The translations under genes were made by a program, and so were the position numbers. The notes under the pieces were generated by a model that saw only the letters and a list, made by a program, of their open reading frames with translations, was not told the DNA's origin and did no database searches. From positions 5,146 to 69,145 of the forward strand of contig CAYFFV010000010.1 in the NCBI GenBank assembly GCA_964342695.1: a stretch of DNA of 64,000 nt, written 5' to 3'. The first letter of the stretch is position 1. Each line of letters starts with the position of its first letter. Positions 9,380-19,140 of this stretch are shown here, piece by piece. This stretch comes from an uncultured Vicinamibacteraceae bacterium (lineage in GTDB: Bacteria; Acidobacteriota; Vicinamibacteria; Vicinamibacterales; UBA8438).

Positions 9380-11086
9380 GTGATTGAGATTCCAGAGAAC
9401 TTGAAAAATGAGGTATCGCGACTTCAAGGATTGTGGACTACAGAAGAACGTACCGAGCGTATTTGGCGTCGTGAAGCGTCCGTTTGGACGGACGCGGATG
9501 AGAGCCACTGGCTGGAATGGCTAGAAGAAAGTATTTTTAATCTAGATATTCAAAAAGAGTTTGTCGAGCTCCGGGAGCTCTTTGTTCAGAAGAGAATAAG
9601 AGATGTGGTCCTGATAGGAATGGGTGGGGCAAGTTTGACGGCGGAGGTCATGCGAGATTCTTTTTCAGGCGTGGAGGGATTTCCAAACCTTCACATCGTA
9701 AATACTTTGGACCCAAAACTGGTTAGACATATCGACCAGGCATTGGACTATGAAAAGAGTATGTTTGTCGTCTCAAGCAAGTCGGGTTCGACACTTGAAA
9801 CATTGCTCGTGTTTAGATATTTCGCACAACGATTTTCTGAGGCTATTGGGGATTTCAATGGAGATCATTTCATTGCCATCACTGATAATAAGACAGGACT
9901 TGAGGATATCGCGACATCACGAAAATTTCAGAAAGTGATTCCCGGAAGACGTGGCATTGGAGGCAGGTTCTCGTCGATTTCAGTGTTTGGGCAAGTGCCA
10001 GCTTGCGTGTTGGGCCTAGATCTGAGTTCATTGGCAAGGAATGCGAAAAATATTCGCGAGAGATGCCGTGCGGATGTTCCTCCAATGCAAAATGATGGAC
10101 TCTCTTTAGGCTTAGTTCTTGCGGCCGCAGTAGAAACGGGTCGGGATAAAATTACGTTTGTGATCTCTCCTCGGTTCTCACGGTTTGGTGACTGGGTAGA
10201 GCAGCTACTAGCAGAATCGACAGGCAAGAGCGAAAAAGGTGTCATTCCGATAACGTCCGAGAGATTGGGCGATGAGGCGGTTTACGGTAATGACAGAATC
10301 TTCATTTATATGCGGGACTCACAATCTCCTGATGGAACGCAGGATGCTGGAGTTGAGCGCCTTAAAGAGGCGAAATGGCCACTGGTTCAGGTGGACATCA
10401 AAGATCCATACGAATTAGCAGGAGAGTTCTTTCGATGGCAATTTGCTACGGTGGTACTTGCGAGCGTTCTGAAGATTAATCCTTTTACTCAACCCGATGT
10501 TGAGGCAAGTAAAGTCGAGGCCCAACGGATGCTTCAGCCGTGCGCCCCATTTAGGTCCGTAGAGGGCAAGAAAGCACTGTTTAATGGAGCACCACGAATC
10601 CTAATCAGCGAAGACCTAGATGGGGAGACACATAAGAGGCAGGAATGGATAGGCCAGATAAAGAAATTTTTATCATGTTTTAATAAGGGTGACTATCTTG
10701 TCTTTTTAGCGTTTGTTGAGTGTGAAGGGAAGGTCAGAACATTACTATCAGAAATTCAGCACGGGTGCCGAGATGGTTTACAGATTTCCACGAGCTTAGT
10801 GTTTGGTCCGCAATATCTTCACTCTACTGGACAGATGCACAAAGGGGGAAAGAATACTGGTGTTTTTATTCAAATCACCTGTGATGATGACTCGGACATT
10901 CCTGTGGCCGGATATGAATACACGTTTGGGACGGTCAGGCGGGCACAAGCAGCATCTGATCTCAAAATATTACAAGCAAAAGGACGTCGGATATTACATG
11001 TTCATATCGCGGGTGACTTGCTCAGGGGTGTAAAGCTATTGAGCCGCGTCTTTAATTCGGTTGTAAAGCCGGAAATGATGAGCTAG
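9380..11086 (+). CDS. pgi: glucose-6-phosphate isomerase (long bacterial/archaeal-like form)
   Basis: VSSKSGSTLETL and GIGGRFSSISVFG match SIS-domain/PGI signature regions. GTG start. Confidence 0.7.
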   Translation: MIEIPENLKNEVSRLQGLWTTEERTERIWRREASVWTDADESHWLEWLEESIFNLDIQKEFVELRELFVQKRIRDVVLIGMGGASLTAEVMRDSFSGVEGFPNLHIVNTLDPKLVRHIDQALDYEKSMFVVSSKSGSTLETLLVFRYFAQRFSEAIGDFNGDHFIAITDNKTGLEDIATSRKFQKVIPGRRGIGGRFSSISVFGQVPACVLGLDLSSLARNAKNIRERCRADVPPMQNDGLSLGLVLAAAVETGRDKITFVISPRFSRFGDWVEQLLAESTGKSEKGVIPITSERLGDEAVYGNDRIFIYMRDSQSPDGTQDAGVERLKEAKWPLVQVDIKDPYELAGEFFRWQFATVVLASVLKINPFTQPDVEASKVEAQRMLQPCAPFRSVEGKKALFNGAPRILISEDLDGETHKRQEWIGQIKKFLSCFNKGDYLVFLAFVECEGKVRTLLSEIQHGCRDGLQISTSLVFGPQYLHSTGQMHKGGKNTGVFIQITCDDDSDIPVAGYEYTFGTVRRAQAASDLKILQAKGRRILHVHIAGDLLRGVKLLSRVFNSVVKPEMMS

Positions 11087-11092
11087 AAGGTT

Positions 11093-11878
11093 CTAGGTTC
11101 CTTTCCAGTCTGGTTTTTCTTTTTTAAAAAAAGCAGTCACTGCGTTTTGAAAATCCTGACTTGCATAGCAGGAGGTCACGAGATCGTGTCCCTTCTCTGG
11201 TGGGAGGCGACGGGATGCTTGGATTCGGTTAAGCATTATCTTTGTTGCCCTTATGGTAAGAGGAGCGTTTTGTGAGATCGCCATTGCTGTAGCGCGGACA
11301 ACCTCAGCGATGACTTTTGATTCGACAACCTTATTTATGAGACCTGCGGAGAGAGCTTCGTCGGCGGTTAATAGTCGGCCTGTGAACATAAGTTCTTTTA
11401 AACGGGTCGGGCCTATAAGGTCAAGAAATCTTGAATAGTTTGCAATAGAAAGACAATTTCCAAGTGTTCGCGCAATAGGTACGCCAAGGCGTGCTTTTGG
11501 GGTGCAGATGCGAAGATCGCAGGCGGCGGCAATAGCGCAGCCACCTCCAGCGGCAACCCCTTCAATTTGAGCAATTGTAGGAATATTGAGAGTCTCGAGA
11601 CTGTCTATAATGGTGTCGAGTTTTTGCTCGTACTCAATTCCAGCTTTTGGTGACGAGAATTCTTTGAAGTGTGCTATGTCAGTTCCAGACACGAAGGCAT
11701 TCGGTGTGGAGGATTTTAATATCAGCACGCAAATATCTCTGTTGGCTTCGGCTTCATGTCCATATCTGAGAAGCCCGTTGTACATATCCCACGACATCGC
11801 ATTTCGTGCTTCTGGGCGATTAAATGTTATAAAAGCTAGAGGGGGCGCTTTTTCGAAAAGAATCTGTTCAGCGGACAC
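11093..11878 (-). CDS. enoyl-CoA hydratase/isomerase (crotonase) family protein
   Basis: FVSGTDIAHF and AAGGGCAIAAACDLRI oxyanion-hole regions are typical of crotonases. Confidence 0.85.
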   Translation of the reverse strand: MSAEQILFEKAPPLAFITFNRPEARNAMSWDMYNGLLRYGHEAEANRDICVLILKSSTPNAFVSGTDIAHFKEFSSPKAGIEYEQKLDTIIDSLETLNIPTIAQIEGVAAGGGCAIAAACDLRICTPKARLGVPIARTLGNCLSIANYSRFLDLIGPTRLKELMFTGRLLTADEALSAGLINKVVESKVIAEVVRATAMAISQNAPLTIRATKIMLNRIQASRRLPPEKGHDLVTSCYASQDFQNAVTAFFKKEKPDWKGT

Positions 11879-11927
11879 GATAAGCTTCTCCTTGGTCTAG
11901 AAAGTATTAAATCAGTGAAAGGTTACT

Positions 11928-13142
11928 ATGCAACAAGCGTTAAGCGGTATTCGAGTCCTTGATATCACCCAGGTTATGGCTGGGCCATACTGCACAATGT
12001 TACTGTGCGATATGGGTGCAGACGTAGTAAAGATTGAGTCCCCTACAGGGGATTCAACTCGGAGGATGGCTGGTTCCCTGGGAGAGGACAGTCCTGCATT
12101 TAATGCGGTAAATCGAGGGAAACGATCTTTAGTCGTGGATATTAAGAAGGAAAGAGGTCAGGAATTAGTAAAAAGACTCGCTGGAACGGCTGATGTACTC
12201 GTAGAGAACTTTCGGCCAGGTGTGATGAAGCGATGTGGTCTCGATTACGCAGCGCTATCGAATTTAAATCCTCGATTGATTTACGCTTCCATATCTGGGT
12301 ACGGACAGACAGGACCTTATTGTGCTAAAGGTGGTTTTGATCTTGTGGCTCAAGGGATGTCTGGGATTATGTCAGTGACTGGCGAGGAGGGGCGGCCCCC
12401 AGTAAAATCTGGCATTCCTGTTACTGATTTGGGTGCGGGACTCCTTGCGTTGAGTGCGATTTTGGCTGCGCTTATCTATCGAAATAAAACGGGGGTTGGT
12501 CAGTATATCGACACGTCGTTGCTTGAGGCAGGTATAGCGCTGTCAGTCTGGGAAGCGACCGAGTATTTGTCTACCGGTGTGGCGCCTAAGCCTTTAGGAT
12601 CAGCGCATAGAATGAGTGCTCCCTATCAGGCGCTACAGTGTAGTGATGGCTATGTAACAGTCGGAGCAGCTAATGATGGTCTGTTTCAGGTTTTATGCAA
12701 CGTTTTAGGACATCCCGATTGGATAAACGATCCTCGTTTCGAAGATGATTCGGCGCGAGTGAAAAACCATCTTGAACTAGCTCAGTGCATTGAGGCAGTG
12801 ACGCTGGGAGAAACGAAGTCGTACTGGCTGGACAAATTTGAGAAAAACGGCATTCCTTCGGGTCCAATAAATTCATATTCAGAAAGTCTGTCGGACGAAC
12901 ACATTCTTAATCGGGATATGGTCGTCGAGACCCAACATCCGACTCTTGGCACGATCAAAACTTTGGGTGCCCCAGTAAAAATGTCTAAGACGCCTTTTCG
13001 AACTGGGCGTCCAGCTCCAGTGCTGGGTCAAGACACCGAGAGTGTTTTACAAGAGGCGGGTTATCGATCTGATGAAGTGGCCGAACTTAGAAAAGATAAA
13101 GTTGTCCGATTAGCTGCAAAGTGTAGGAATTACCGGCGATGA
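11928..13142 (+). CDS. family III CoA-transferase (CaiB/BaiF type)
   Basis: GIRVLDITQVMAGPYCTMLLCDMGADVVKIE N-terminus and the overall length are typical of the family. Confidence 0.85.
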   Translation: MQQALSGIRVLDITQVMAGPYCTMLLCDMGADVVKIESPTGDSTRRMAGSLGEDSPAFNAVNRGKRSLVVDIKKERGQELVKRLAGTADVLVENFRPGVMKRCGLDYAALSNLNPRLIYASISGYGQTGPYCAKGGFDLVAQGMSGIMSVTGEEGRPPVKSGIPVTDLGAGLLALSAILAALIYRNKTGVGQYIDTSLLEAGIALSVWEATEYLSTGVAPKPLGSAHRMSAPYQALQCSDGYVTVGAANDGLFQVLCNVLGHPDWINDPRFEDDSARVKNHLELAQCIEAVTLGETKSYWLDKFEKNGIPSGPINSYSESLSDEHILNRDMVVETQHPTLGTIKTLGAPVKMSKTPFRTGRPAPVLGQDTESVLQEAGYRSDEVAELRKDKVVRLAAKCRNYRR

Positions 13143-14104
13143 AACTTGACGAGCGTTCTGTCAATGTCTGTTATCTTTGGGCGACCCGAGGCGGCCATAC
13201 TGCGGGCGAGTTCGTTGTAGAGCAATTCGAGAACCGCCTGAACGCCGGATGCTCCATAGGAGGCGAGGCCCCACATGATTGGCCGGCCAAGGAGGACGGC
13301 TTGGGCACCGAGTGCAAGTGCCTTCAAGACATCAGAACCACGTCGAAAATTTCCATCAACTAGGATTGGGAGAGCCCCATTAATCGATTTCGCGATGGCA
13401 GGCAATGAATTAATGACATGGAGTTTTTGCAATGCTTTCTCACGGTTGTGAGATGACAAAATGATCCCGGAAAACTTTCGCTCTACTGCTGTTTCCGCTT
13501 CTCGTCGGCTAAGGATACCTTTCAGTACGACTGGTCCTTCGAACTCGTTCTTAATAGCACAGACTCGGTCCCAGTGTTGGGGACTGATTTCTGAGACTTT
13601 ATCGCCCTCCCGTTCTCCAAAAGTTATACATAGCACCGCAGCTCTAATGCTTTTTGCAGCCGTGATACCGACTGATGTACTAGTTTTATCGCCTGCATAG
13701 ACTTGGAACCAGGTCTCGGGGTTAATCGTGGTGGGTAGCTCGTGCACAGGGACACTGGCATCAGAAGACAGAATAACCGTGGCTTTCGCCTGCCCTGCAC
13801 CATGAAGCGTGGCGATCTCTCCGTCAGCGTGAAAGCGTTTCTGCTGCGCGATTGGTCCAACGATGATTGGGGCAAAGAGGGGCTTTCCGAATAGCTGGAT
13901 GGATAAATCAAGATCCATAGCATTAACCATGAGCCTCTGTCTGAAGGTCATGTGGTCGAAATGTTTTGTTGAAGGGTCTGTGATGGTGTCGTGGGTTGTC
14001 CTGCTGAGCACCTCTCGTGCGATATCTTCAAACTCAGAAAGGTTTACCAATTCTTCTGAAGGAGGAAGATTCGCAGCTGAGTCTTGAGTGATTATCGAGG
14101 GCAT
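13130..14104 (-). CDS. FMN-dependent alpha-hydroxy-acid dehydrogenase/oxidase paralog, short and degenerate, no signal peptide
   Basis: Keeps WFQVY, VLKGIL and VDGNFRRGSDVLKALALGA. The signature S-N-H-G-G-R-Q reads SSHNREK, and the N-terminal YxxGGA and TVDxPxxGxR regions are not recognisable. Confidence 0.65.
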   Translation of the reverse strand: MPSIITQDSAANLPPSEELVNLSEFEDIAREVLSRTTHDTITDPSTKHFDHMTFRQRLMVNAMDLDLSIQLFGKPLFAPIIVGPIAQQKRFHADGEIATLHGAGQAKATVILSSDASVPVHELPTTINPETWFQVYAGDKTSTSVGITAAKSIRAAVLCITFGEREGDKVSEISPQHWDRVCAIKNEFEGPVVLKGILSRREAETAVERKFSGIILSSHNREKALQKLHVINSLPAIAKSINGALPILVDGNFRRGSDVLKALALGAQAVLLGRPIMWGLASYGASGVQAVLELLYNELARSMAASGRPKITDIDRTLVKFHRR

Positions 14105-14114
14105 TCACTTTGTC

Positions 14115-15305
14115 CTAAATAAATTTCGTGGTGACGACCGTGTCATCGATCTCGTCTAACGTCCGGCATCCAATCGTCGACATTGTCTGTATTAGTTCCG
14201 TTTGAAGGATATCTAATACACGATGTGCTCCATCAACGCCGAACGCCCCCAAGCCCCAACGTGGAACCCGGCCCAAACAGACAGCGGTCGCACCTAAAGC
14301 GAGCGCTTTTACGACATCGGTGCCTCGTCTGAAACCACTATCGATAAGCACTGGAACGCGCCCACCGACTCCGGCGACTACTTCCTGTAGCACCTCTAAC
14401 GTGGAGGGACCATAGTCGAGAGCTCGACCTCCGTGGTTTGAAACAACTATACCGTCGAAACCGATGTCAAGGCATCGTCTTGCCCCTTCGGCTGTCAAAA
14501 TACCCTTGGCAAGGACAGGAACGGAGATCATCGGACGAATGTCATCAAGATACTGCCAGTCGTACCAGAGTCGTCCAGAACGAACGCCATAGGGGTTGTC
14601 TGCTTCGTTTAGTGAGGGAGGCTGGGCACTGCGAGGAGCCCCTCCGAGATGGCGGTTATGAAGTGCGCGCTCGTAAGAAGACGCCTGTTGGTCGATGGTA
14701 ACCACAACTGCCGAGGCGCCTGCTGTTTGAACATCAGCTAAGATTTGTTCACTTAGCACGCGATCCGGCCTGGGATAAAACTGAAACCAGAGTGGACCAT
14801 GCGATGCTTTGGCGATTCGATCAAATGGAAAGCTGGAGGCGTGGCTGACTATCATGGTTTGATTAGCTCGTGTGGCAGCTTCATACATGGCAAGCTCCCC
14901 ATCTGAATGCAGCGGACGCTGTCGAGCAGTGGGGGCCAACATAAGCGGTGTCGAGAGAGCGTTTCCAAAAAGAGTTAAGGATGTATTTATGGAATTTTTG
15001 CTGATTGAACGCCGTTCCTTTAATTTAACCCAATCGAATGCGTCTCGATTTCGACGCAGGGTAAACTCTGAATCAGTGCCGTGGGCGGTGTAGTCATAAA
15101 CGGCTCTCGGGACATTCGCTCTGAACACAGGTTCAAAATCCCAAGGGGTGAGCATTTCTGAAAATCCAGGCACTCGATGATGAAGTGAGAGTGGGGATGG
15201 GTCCTGTTGAGCTCGTAGCAAGGGCGAAGCTGCGAGAAAACTTGCAAGCCCGAGAAGGGCTTCGCGGCGGCTTACAGGGCTGAGAATTGAGCGATCCGTA
15301 CTCAT
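14115..15305 (-). CDS. FMN-dependent alpha-hydroxy-acid oxidase/dehydrogenase (glycolate oxidase / L-lactate oxidase family) with a predicted Tat signal peptide
   Basis: VVSNHGGRALD, WFQFY, LAKGIL and DSGFRRGTDVVKALALGA. The N-terminus SRREALLGLASFLAASPLLRA-QQ looks like a twin-arginine signal. Confidence 0.8.
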   Translation of the reverse strand: MSTDRSILSPVSRREALLGLASFLAASPLLRAQQDPSPLSLHHRVPGFSEMLTPWDFEPVFRANVPRAVYDYTAHGTDSEFTLRRNRDAFDWVKLKERRSISKNSINTSLTLFGNALSTPLMLAPTARQRPLHSDGELAMYEAATRANQTMIVSHASSFPFDRIAKASHGPLWFQFYPRPDRVLSEQILADVQTAGASAVVVTIDQQASSYERALHNRHLGGAPRSAQPPSLNEADNPYGVRSGRLWYDWQYLDDIRPMISVPVLAKGILTAEGARRCLDIGFDGIVVSNHGGRALDYGPSTLEVLQEVVAGVGGRVPVLIDSGFRRGTDVVKALALGATAVCLGRVPRWGLGAFGVDGAHRVLDILQTELIQTMSTIGCRTLDEIDDTVVTTKFI

Positions 15306-15364
15306 CGCATAGCTTCCTTACTTTTATCGGTTGTTAAAATTGTACAGCTAAACTACCGCACAGC

Positions 15365-16663
15365 TTAATCGATAATGGCTTGATGAATTAATGCTCTCAC
15401 TTTCCCATGGTCGTCAATATTTCTGGCTGGGATGAGTTGAGTGAGATAGACGACTACCATTTCTTCCACGGGATCAACCCAGTATACGGAATGATAGGCT
15501 CCGGCCCACGCGAATTCCCCAACGGATGCTGGCAGGCCTAAGGCGGACGGATTCTCAACTATTGAGAAACCAAGGCCAAAGCCATGCCCCTCGGAAAAGA
15601 GTGAGCCCATCGGGCTTCGCTCCACATTGCCTACGTGGTCAACAATCATGAGATCAACAGATTTCCGACTTAAAATTCTGGCACCATTAAACTCGCCTTT
15701 GTTTAGTAACATCTGAAGGAAGGTCGCGTAATCACCAGCTGTAGACAAAAGACCAGCTCCACCAGAAAAACTTTTTTGCGGGCCATCAATATATCTCCCT
15801 TGGCCAACCATGTGTCCGGGGGAGGGCGACCGGTCGATTCCGCCCTCATCCTTTGATGAGTAGACCGTTGCAAGTCGATTTATTTTGTCTTTTGGTAAAA
15901 AGAAATGAGTGTTGTCCATTCCAAGTGGCCCAAAAATTCGATCTTCAAGAAAATCAGCAAGAGTCTGATTTGCAATTTTCTCAATCATGGCGCCCAGGAT
16001 GTCTGTATTGAAACCGTAAATCCATTTTTCACCAGGATGTGCGTCAAGAGGAAGGGCGGCAAGGCGTGACATTACATCGCCGACGGTTTCATCTCGGTTA
16101 GCGAAATACCAGCCGGTTATGCCCGCTTCATCCCATGCCTCACCCGCTGGTCCACTTCCATAGCTGATGCCTGCAGTGTGCGTTAGGAGTTGCTGGATTG
16201 TAATAGGTCGACGCGCTGAAACGACATCATAGCCTCCATTATCATTTGGCTGAGCGACAGTAGTCTCCAAGAATTCTGGAAGATATTTGCCGATTGGGTC
16301 AGTGATTAAGAGTTTTCCCTCTTCCTGGAGGATCATTACACCTACACTTACGAGAGCTTTGGTTTGTGAGGCGATTCTGAAAATAGAATCGGTCTTCATC
16401 GGATCGTTTGCCTCTATGTCTCGTTTTCCAACTGCCTCGAGGTAGGCAATTTTTCCGCGTCTTGCAACAATAGTGACTGCACCTGCCAGGCGTTCTTCGT
16501 CAACATATGCCTGTAATGTCTCGGTGAGGCGATTTAAACGGTCTGAAGACATGCCTACTGACTCAGGTTCCGCGATCGATAGGCTTTGGGCTTGGAGAGG
16601 AGATCCGACTAACAAAAATGTTAAAACTAGACTTAGTGCAAAAATACGTTTCATCATGAGCAA
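15365..16663 (-). CDS. exported serine hydrolase, beta-lactamase (class C / esterase) family
   Basis: Sec-type signal (FALSLVLTFLLVGSPLQA-QS) and the S-x-x-K nucleophile motif ASQTKAL. Confidence 0.8.
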   Translation of the reverse strand: MLMMKRIFALSLVLTFLLVGSPLQAQSLSIAEPESVGMSSDRLNRLTETLQAYVDEERLAGAVTIVARRGKIAYLEAVGKRDIEANDPMKTDSIFRIASQTKALVSVGVMILQEEGKLLITDPIGKYLPEFLETTVAQPNDNGGYDVVSARRPITIQQLLTHTAGISYGSGPAGEAWDEAGITGWYFANRDETVGDVMSRLAALPLDAHPGEKWIYGFNTDILGAMIEKIANQTLADFLEDRIFGPLGMDNTHFFLPKDKINRLATVYSSKDEGGIDRSPSPGHMVGQGRYIDGPQKSFSGGAGLLSTAGDYATFLQMLLNKGEFNGARILSRKSVDLMIVDHVGNVERSPMGSLFSEGHGFGLGFSIVENPSALGLPASVGEFAWAGAYHSVYWVDPVEEMVVVYLTQLIPARNIDDHGKVRALIHQAIID

Positions 16664-16979
16664 TCCTCAATAATCGTAGGCGCCTGTTGCAGGCGCTCAG
16701 GAGACAATATTTCTGGGTGAATCCTATGCCTTCTAGGAAGAGTACGCAATAGTGCATGTGCAGCAGCGTTCTCTTTTGATTGGGTTTTCTGGGCTGTTAG
16801 ATATTTGTTGAGAGCCTGTGACTGTGATGCATCTCGAACCGTTGCGAGGATTGGAAGCGATTGGTCGTCAGACTAAAAGATGGTCCATGAAAATCGTTAG
16901 CTCCACGTTAGGCTGCGTAAGAAACGTTTGCAGGGTAATAACTTATATTGGTGCAGAGATTAATTCCAGGAATGATGAG

Positions 16980-17651
16980 ATGAGCGTGACGTCAGGTATT
17001 ACCTTTCGGGGCAGTGTTTGGGATGTGTGGAGTGCGGGTTTTATGAAAGGAATCCTGTGGTCTCTGACAGGAATTGGAATTCCAGTGGCAGTATCCGTCC
17101 TCTTTAGATGGATCGCGAGAAATCTTGATTTTCCCGATGGGACTCGTTTAACGCTTCGACTCTCTGCCCTCCATCTTTATCCGGCAATTGGGGTAGCCTT
17201 TGTTCTTGATGTGGCTCCGAGGTTGTTTCCAGAGGCTTCAGACGGATCGACGTTTTGGTTTCCTGCCGTTTATCTTCTCGTGGCGCCCTTTATTTATGGA
17301 GCCTGTGGGTGGTTTGTTGGTAGAAAGATTTTTGAGGGCCTAAAGGGAAGTGATGGCACAGGATTCGCTTTTACGGCCTCTCCAGTCGCGTGCGGGTTAT
17401 GGACCGTTGGCTTGGCATTATCGTTTTTGTCGCTTGTGTGGTGGCCATGGGTGTTAGCGAGGTACTTTAGATGGTTCGCTACGAAAATCAGAAACGACAA
17501 AAAAGCATTTGCTTTTAACGGTAAAGGATTTGATCTTTTGTGGCGAGGCCTCTTGGTGGCAATTGGTTTCGGTTTAGTCGTTCCGGCAATTTGGGTAAAT
17601 ATATGGATTCAGCGGTGGTTTTTTAGCCAAATAACCGTTTCTGAGAAATAA
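16980..17651 (+). CDS. polytopic membrane protein, possibly DUF898/YjgN-like
   Basis: Two similar F-x-F-x-G-(x)-...-W...hydrophobic...RW units (ITFRGSVWDVW... and FAFNGKGFDLLW...). The start is placed at ATG 16980. The 54 codons upstream in the track ORF look non-coding. Confidence 0.4.
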   Translation: MSVTSGITFRGSVWDVWSAGFMKGILWSLTGIGIPVAVSVLFRWIARNLDFPDGTRLTLRLSALHLYPAIGVAFVLDVAPRLFPEASDGSTFWFPAVYLLVAPFIYGACGWFVGRKIFEGLKGSDGTGFAFTASPVACGLWTVGLALSFLSLVWWPWVLARYFRWFATKIRNDKKAFAFNGKGFDLLWRGLLVAIGFGLVVPAIWVNIWIQRWFFSQITVSEK

Positions 17652-17665
17652 AGATTCTTGTGTCC

Positions 17666-17704
17666 AAAAAAAGAGAGGGGCACATGTTTTGTGCCTCCTC
17701 TTTT
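17666..17704. terminator. bidirectional intrinsic terminator between convergent genes
   Basis: Hairpin gagaggggcac-atgtttt-gtgcctcctc. It is flanked by an A7 run (a T7 run on the minus strand, downstream of amt) and by TTTT on the plus strand. Confidence 0.7.
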
Positions 17705-17753
17705 AATGCCGTTGGTTGCTCGCTATTCGTGTGGTGAGTATCGAAAGTGAATG

Positions 17754-19052
17754 CTAGAAATTTCGTCCAGCCTCGCCATGAAGCGCTTCGTCTAATCCTT
17801 GTTCCTCTTCGTCATCTGAAACACGGAGGCCGAGAGTGCCATCCACAAGTTTTGCGATTACGAAAGTGAGTGCACCGCAGTAGACGATGGTTGCGGCAGC
17901 GCCAAGAAACTGCAAGTAGAGCTGGTTCCCGATGCCACCACCGAGGCCAGTGCCACCGAAGGCTTCAGCAGTGAAGACCCCTGTAAGAATAGCTCCGACG
18001 AAGCCACCAACTCCGTGGACGCCGAACACGTCAAGCGAGTCATCGTAGCCCATAGCTTTTTTAAGGGAGGTGGAGGCCCAAAAACAAAGTAATCCAGATG
18101 CGAGACCTATTCCAATAGCGCCAAGAGGGCCCACTGATCCGGAAGCCGGTGTGATGGCCACGAGACCAGCGACGGCTCCGGTTGCGATGCCAACGATTGA
18201 GGGTTTTCCGTTTTTCATCCAGTCGAGGGCCATCCATGTCATTGCGGCCATTGCGGTCGCAATGTGGGTCACAGCCATCGCCATGCCGGCTACGCCATCT
18301 GCGGCAAGCTCGCTACCTGCATTAAATCCAAACCAGCCGACCCATAGCATTGAGGTCCCAACGACCGTGAGTACAAGGCTGTTTGGTGGCATCTCGATCT
18401 GTCCGTATCCCTTGCGGGGTCCTAGCATGATACAGAGGACAAGGGCAGCGATACCGGCATTGATGTGGACAACAGTACCGCCCGCAAAGTCAAGAACTCC
18501 CATGTCGCCAAGCCATCCGCCACCCCAGACCCAGTGTGCGACAGGTGCGTACACGATTGTGAGCCAGAGAGCGGTGAAGAGCAGCATTGATGAAAATTTC
18601 ATTCTTCCGGCGAAGGCTCCCACGATGAGGGCTGGCGTAATGATAGCGAAGGTGCCCTGGAACATTTGAAAGACGGATTCAGGGATGGTTCCACTGACGG
18701 AGTCTACGGAAATGTTTGAAAGAAGGATGTTTCCTGATCCAATAAATGAATTCAGACTTCCTCCGTCGCCGAAAGCCAGTCCGTACAGGTAAAGGGTCCA
18801 AAGTAGGGTTGCCATGCAAGTAATGGCAAAACACTGCATCATGACCGATAAGACATTCTTTGCTCTCACAAGACCAGCGTAGAAAAGCGAGAGACCTGGG
18901 ATGGTCATGAATAGAACAAGAAGGCTAGAGGTGAGCATCCATGCTGTGTCACCTGTGTCTAAACCCTCTTGAGCCTTTACAGTTGATGGAAGCAGTGCCA
19001 TTCCCCCAAAGATCCAGGCAATGAGAAAACTCTTACTCCTGAGCAGTGTCAT
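17754..19052 (-). CDS. amt: ammonium transporter (Amt family) with N-terminal signal peptide
   Basis: 432 aa, about 11 TM helices. DTGDTAWML, FAGGTVVHINAG and GVHGVGGFVGAILTG are typical Amt motifs. Confidence 0.95.
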   Translation of the reverse strand: MTLLRSKSFLIAWIFGGMALLPSTVKAQEGLDTGDTAWMLTSSLLVLFMTIPGLSLFYAGLVRAKNVLSVMMQCFAITCMATLLWTLYLYGLAFGDGGSLNSFIGSGNILLSNISVDSVSGTIPESVFQMFQGTFAIITPALIVGAFAGRMKFSSMLLFTALWLTIVYAPVAHWVWGGGWLGDMGVLDFAGGTVVHINAGIAALVLCIMLGPRKGYGQIEMPPNSLVLTVVGTSMLWVGWFGFNAGSELAADGVAGMAMAVTHIATAMAAMTWMALDWMKNGKPSIVGIATGAVAGLVAITPASGSVGPLGAIGIGLASGLLCFWASTSLKKAMGYDDSLDVFGVHGVGGFVGAILTGVFTAEAFGGTGLGGGIGNQLYLQFLGAAATIVYCGALTFVIAKLVDGTLGLRVSDDEEEQGLDEALHGEAGRNF

Positions 19053-19124
19053 GAAAGTGGTCCTTTCTTGTTGCTATGGTTTAAATCTAAAGAGTCATCT
19101 TTTCAAGTTAGCCTTATTTAAGAA

Positions 19125-19140
19125 TGCAAAATACATGCCA
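19125..19140 (-). promoter_or_regulatory. sigma-54 (-24/-12) promoter upstream of amt
   Basis: The minus strand reads TGGCATGTATTTTGCA. This matches the consensus TGGCAC-N5-TTGCW with correct GG/GC spacing, 73-88 nt upstream of the amt ATG. Confidence 0.7.

Noticed and set aside
18070-18669. A 199-aa ORF antisense to amt. Similar long antisense ORFs occur at 58184-58693 (opposite hom), 6471-6851, 36766-37197, 48109-48540, 53006-53449 and 33349-33729.
   Set aside because: Each lies entirely within, and opposite to, a confidently identified conserved gene. They have Pro/Arg/Ser-rich or otherwise low-complexity composition and no recognisable motifs, as expected for shadow ORFs.
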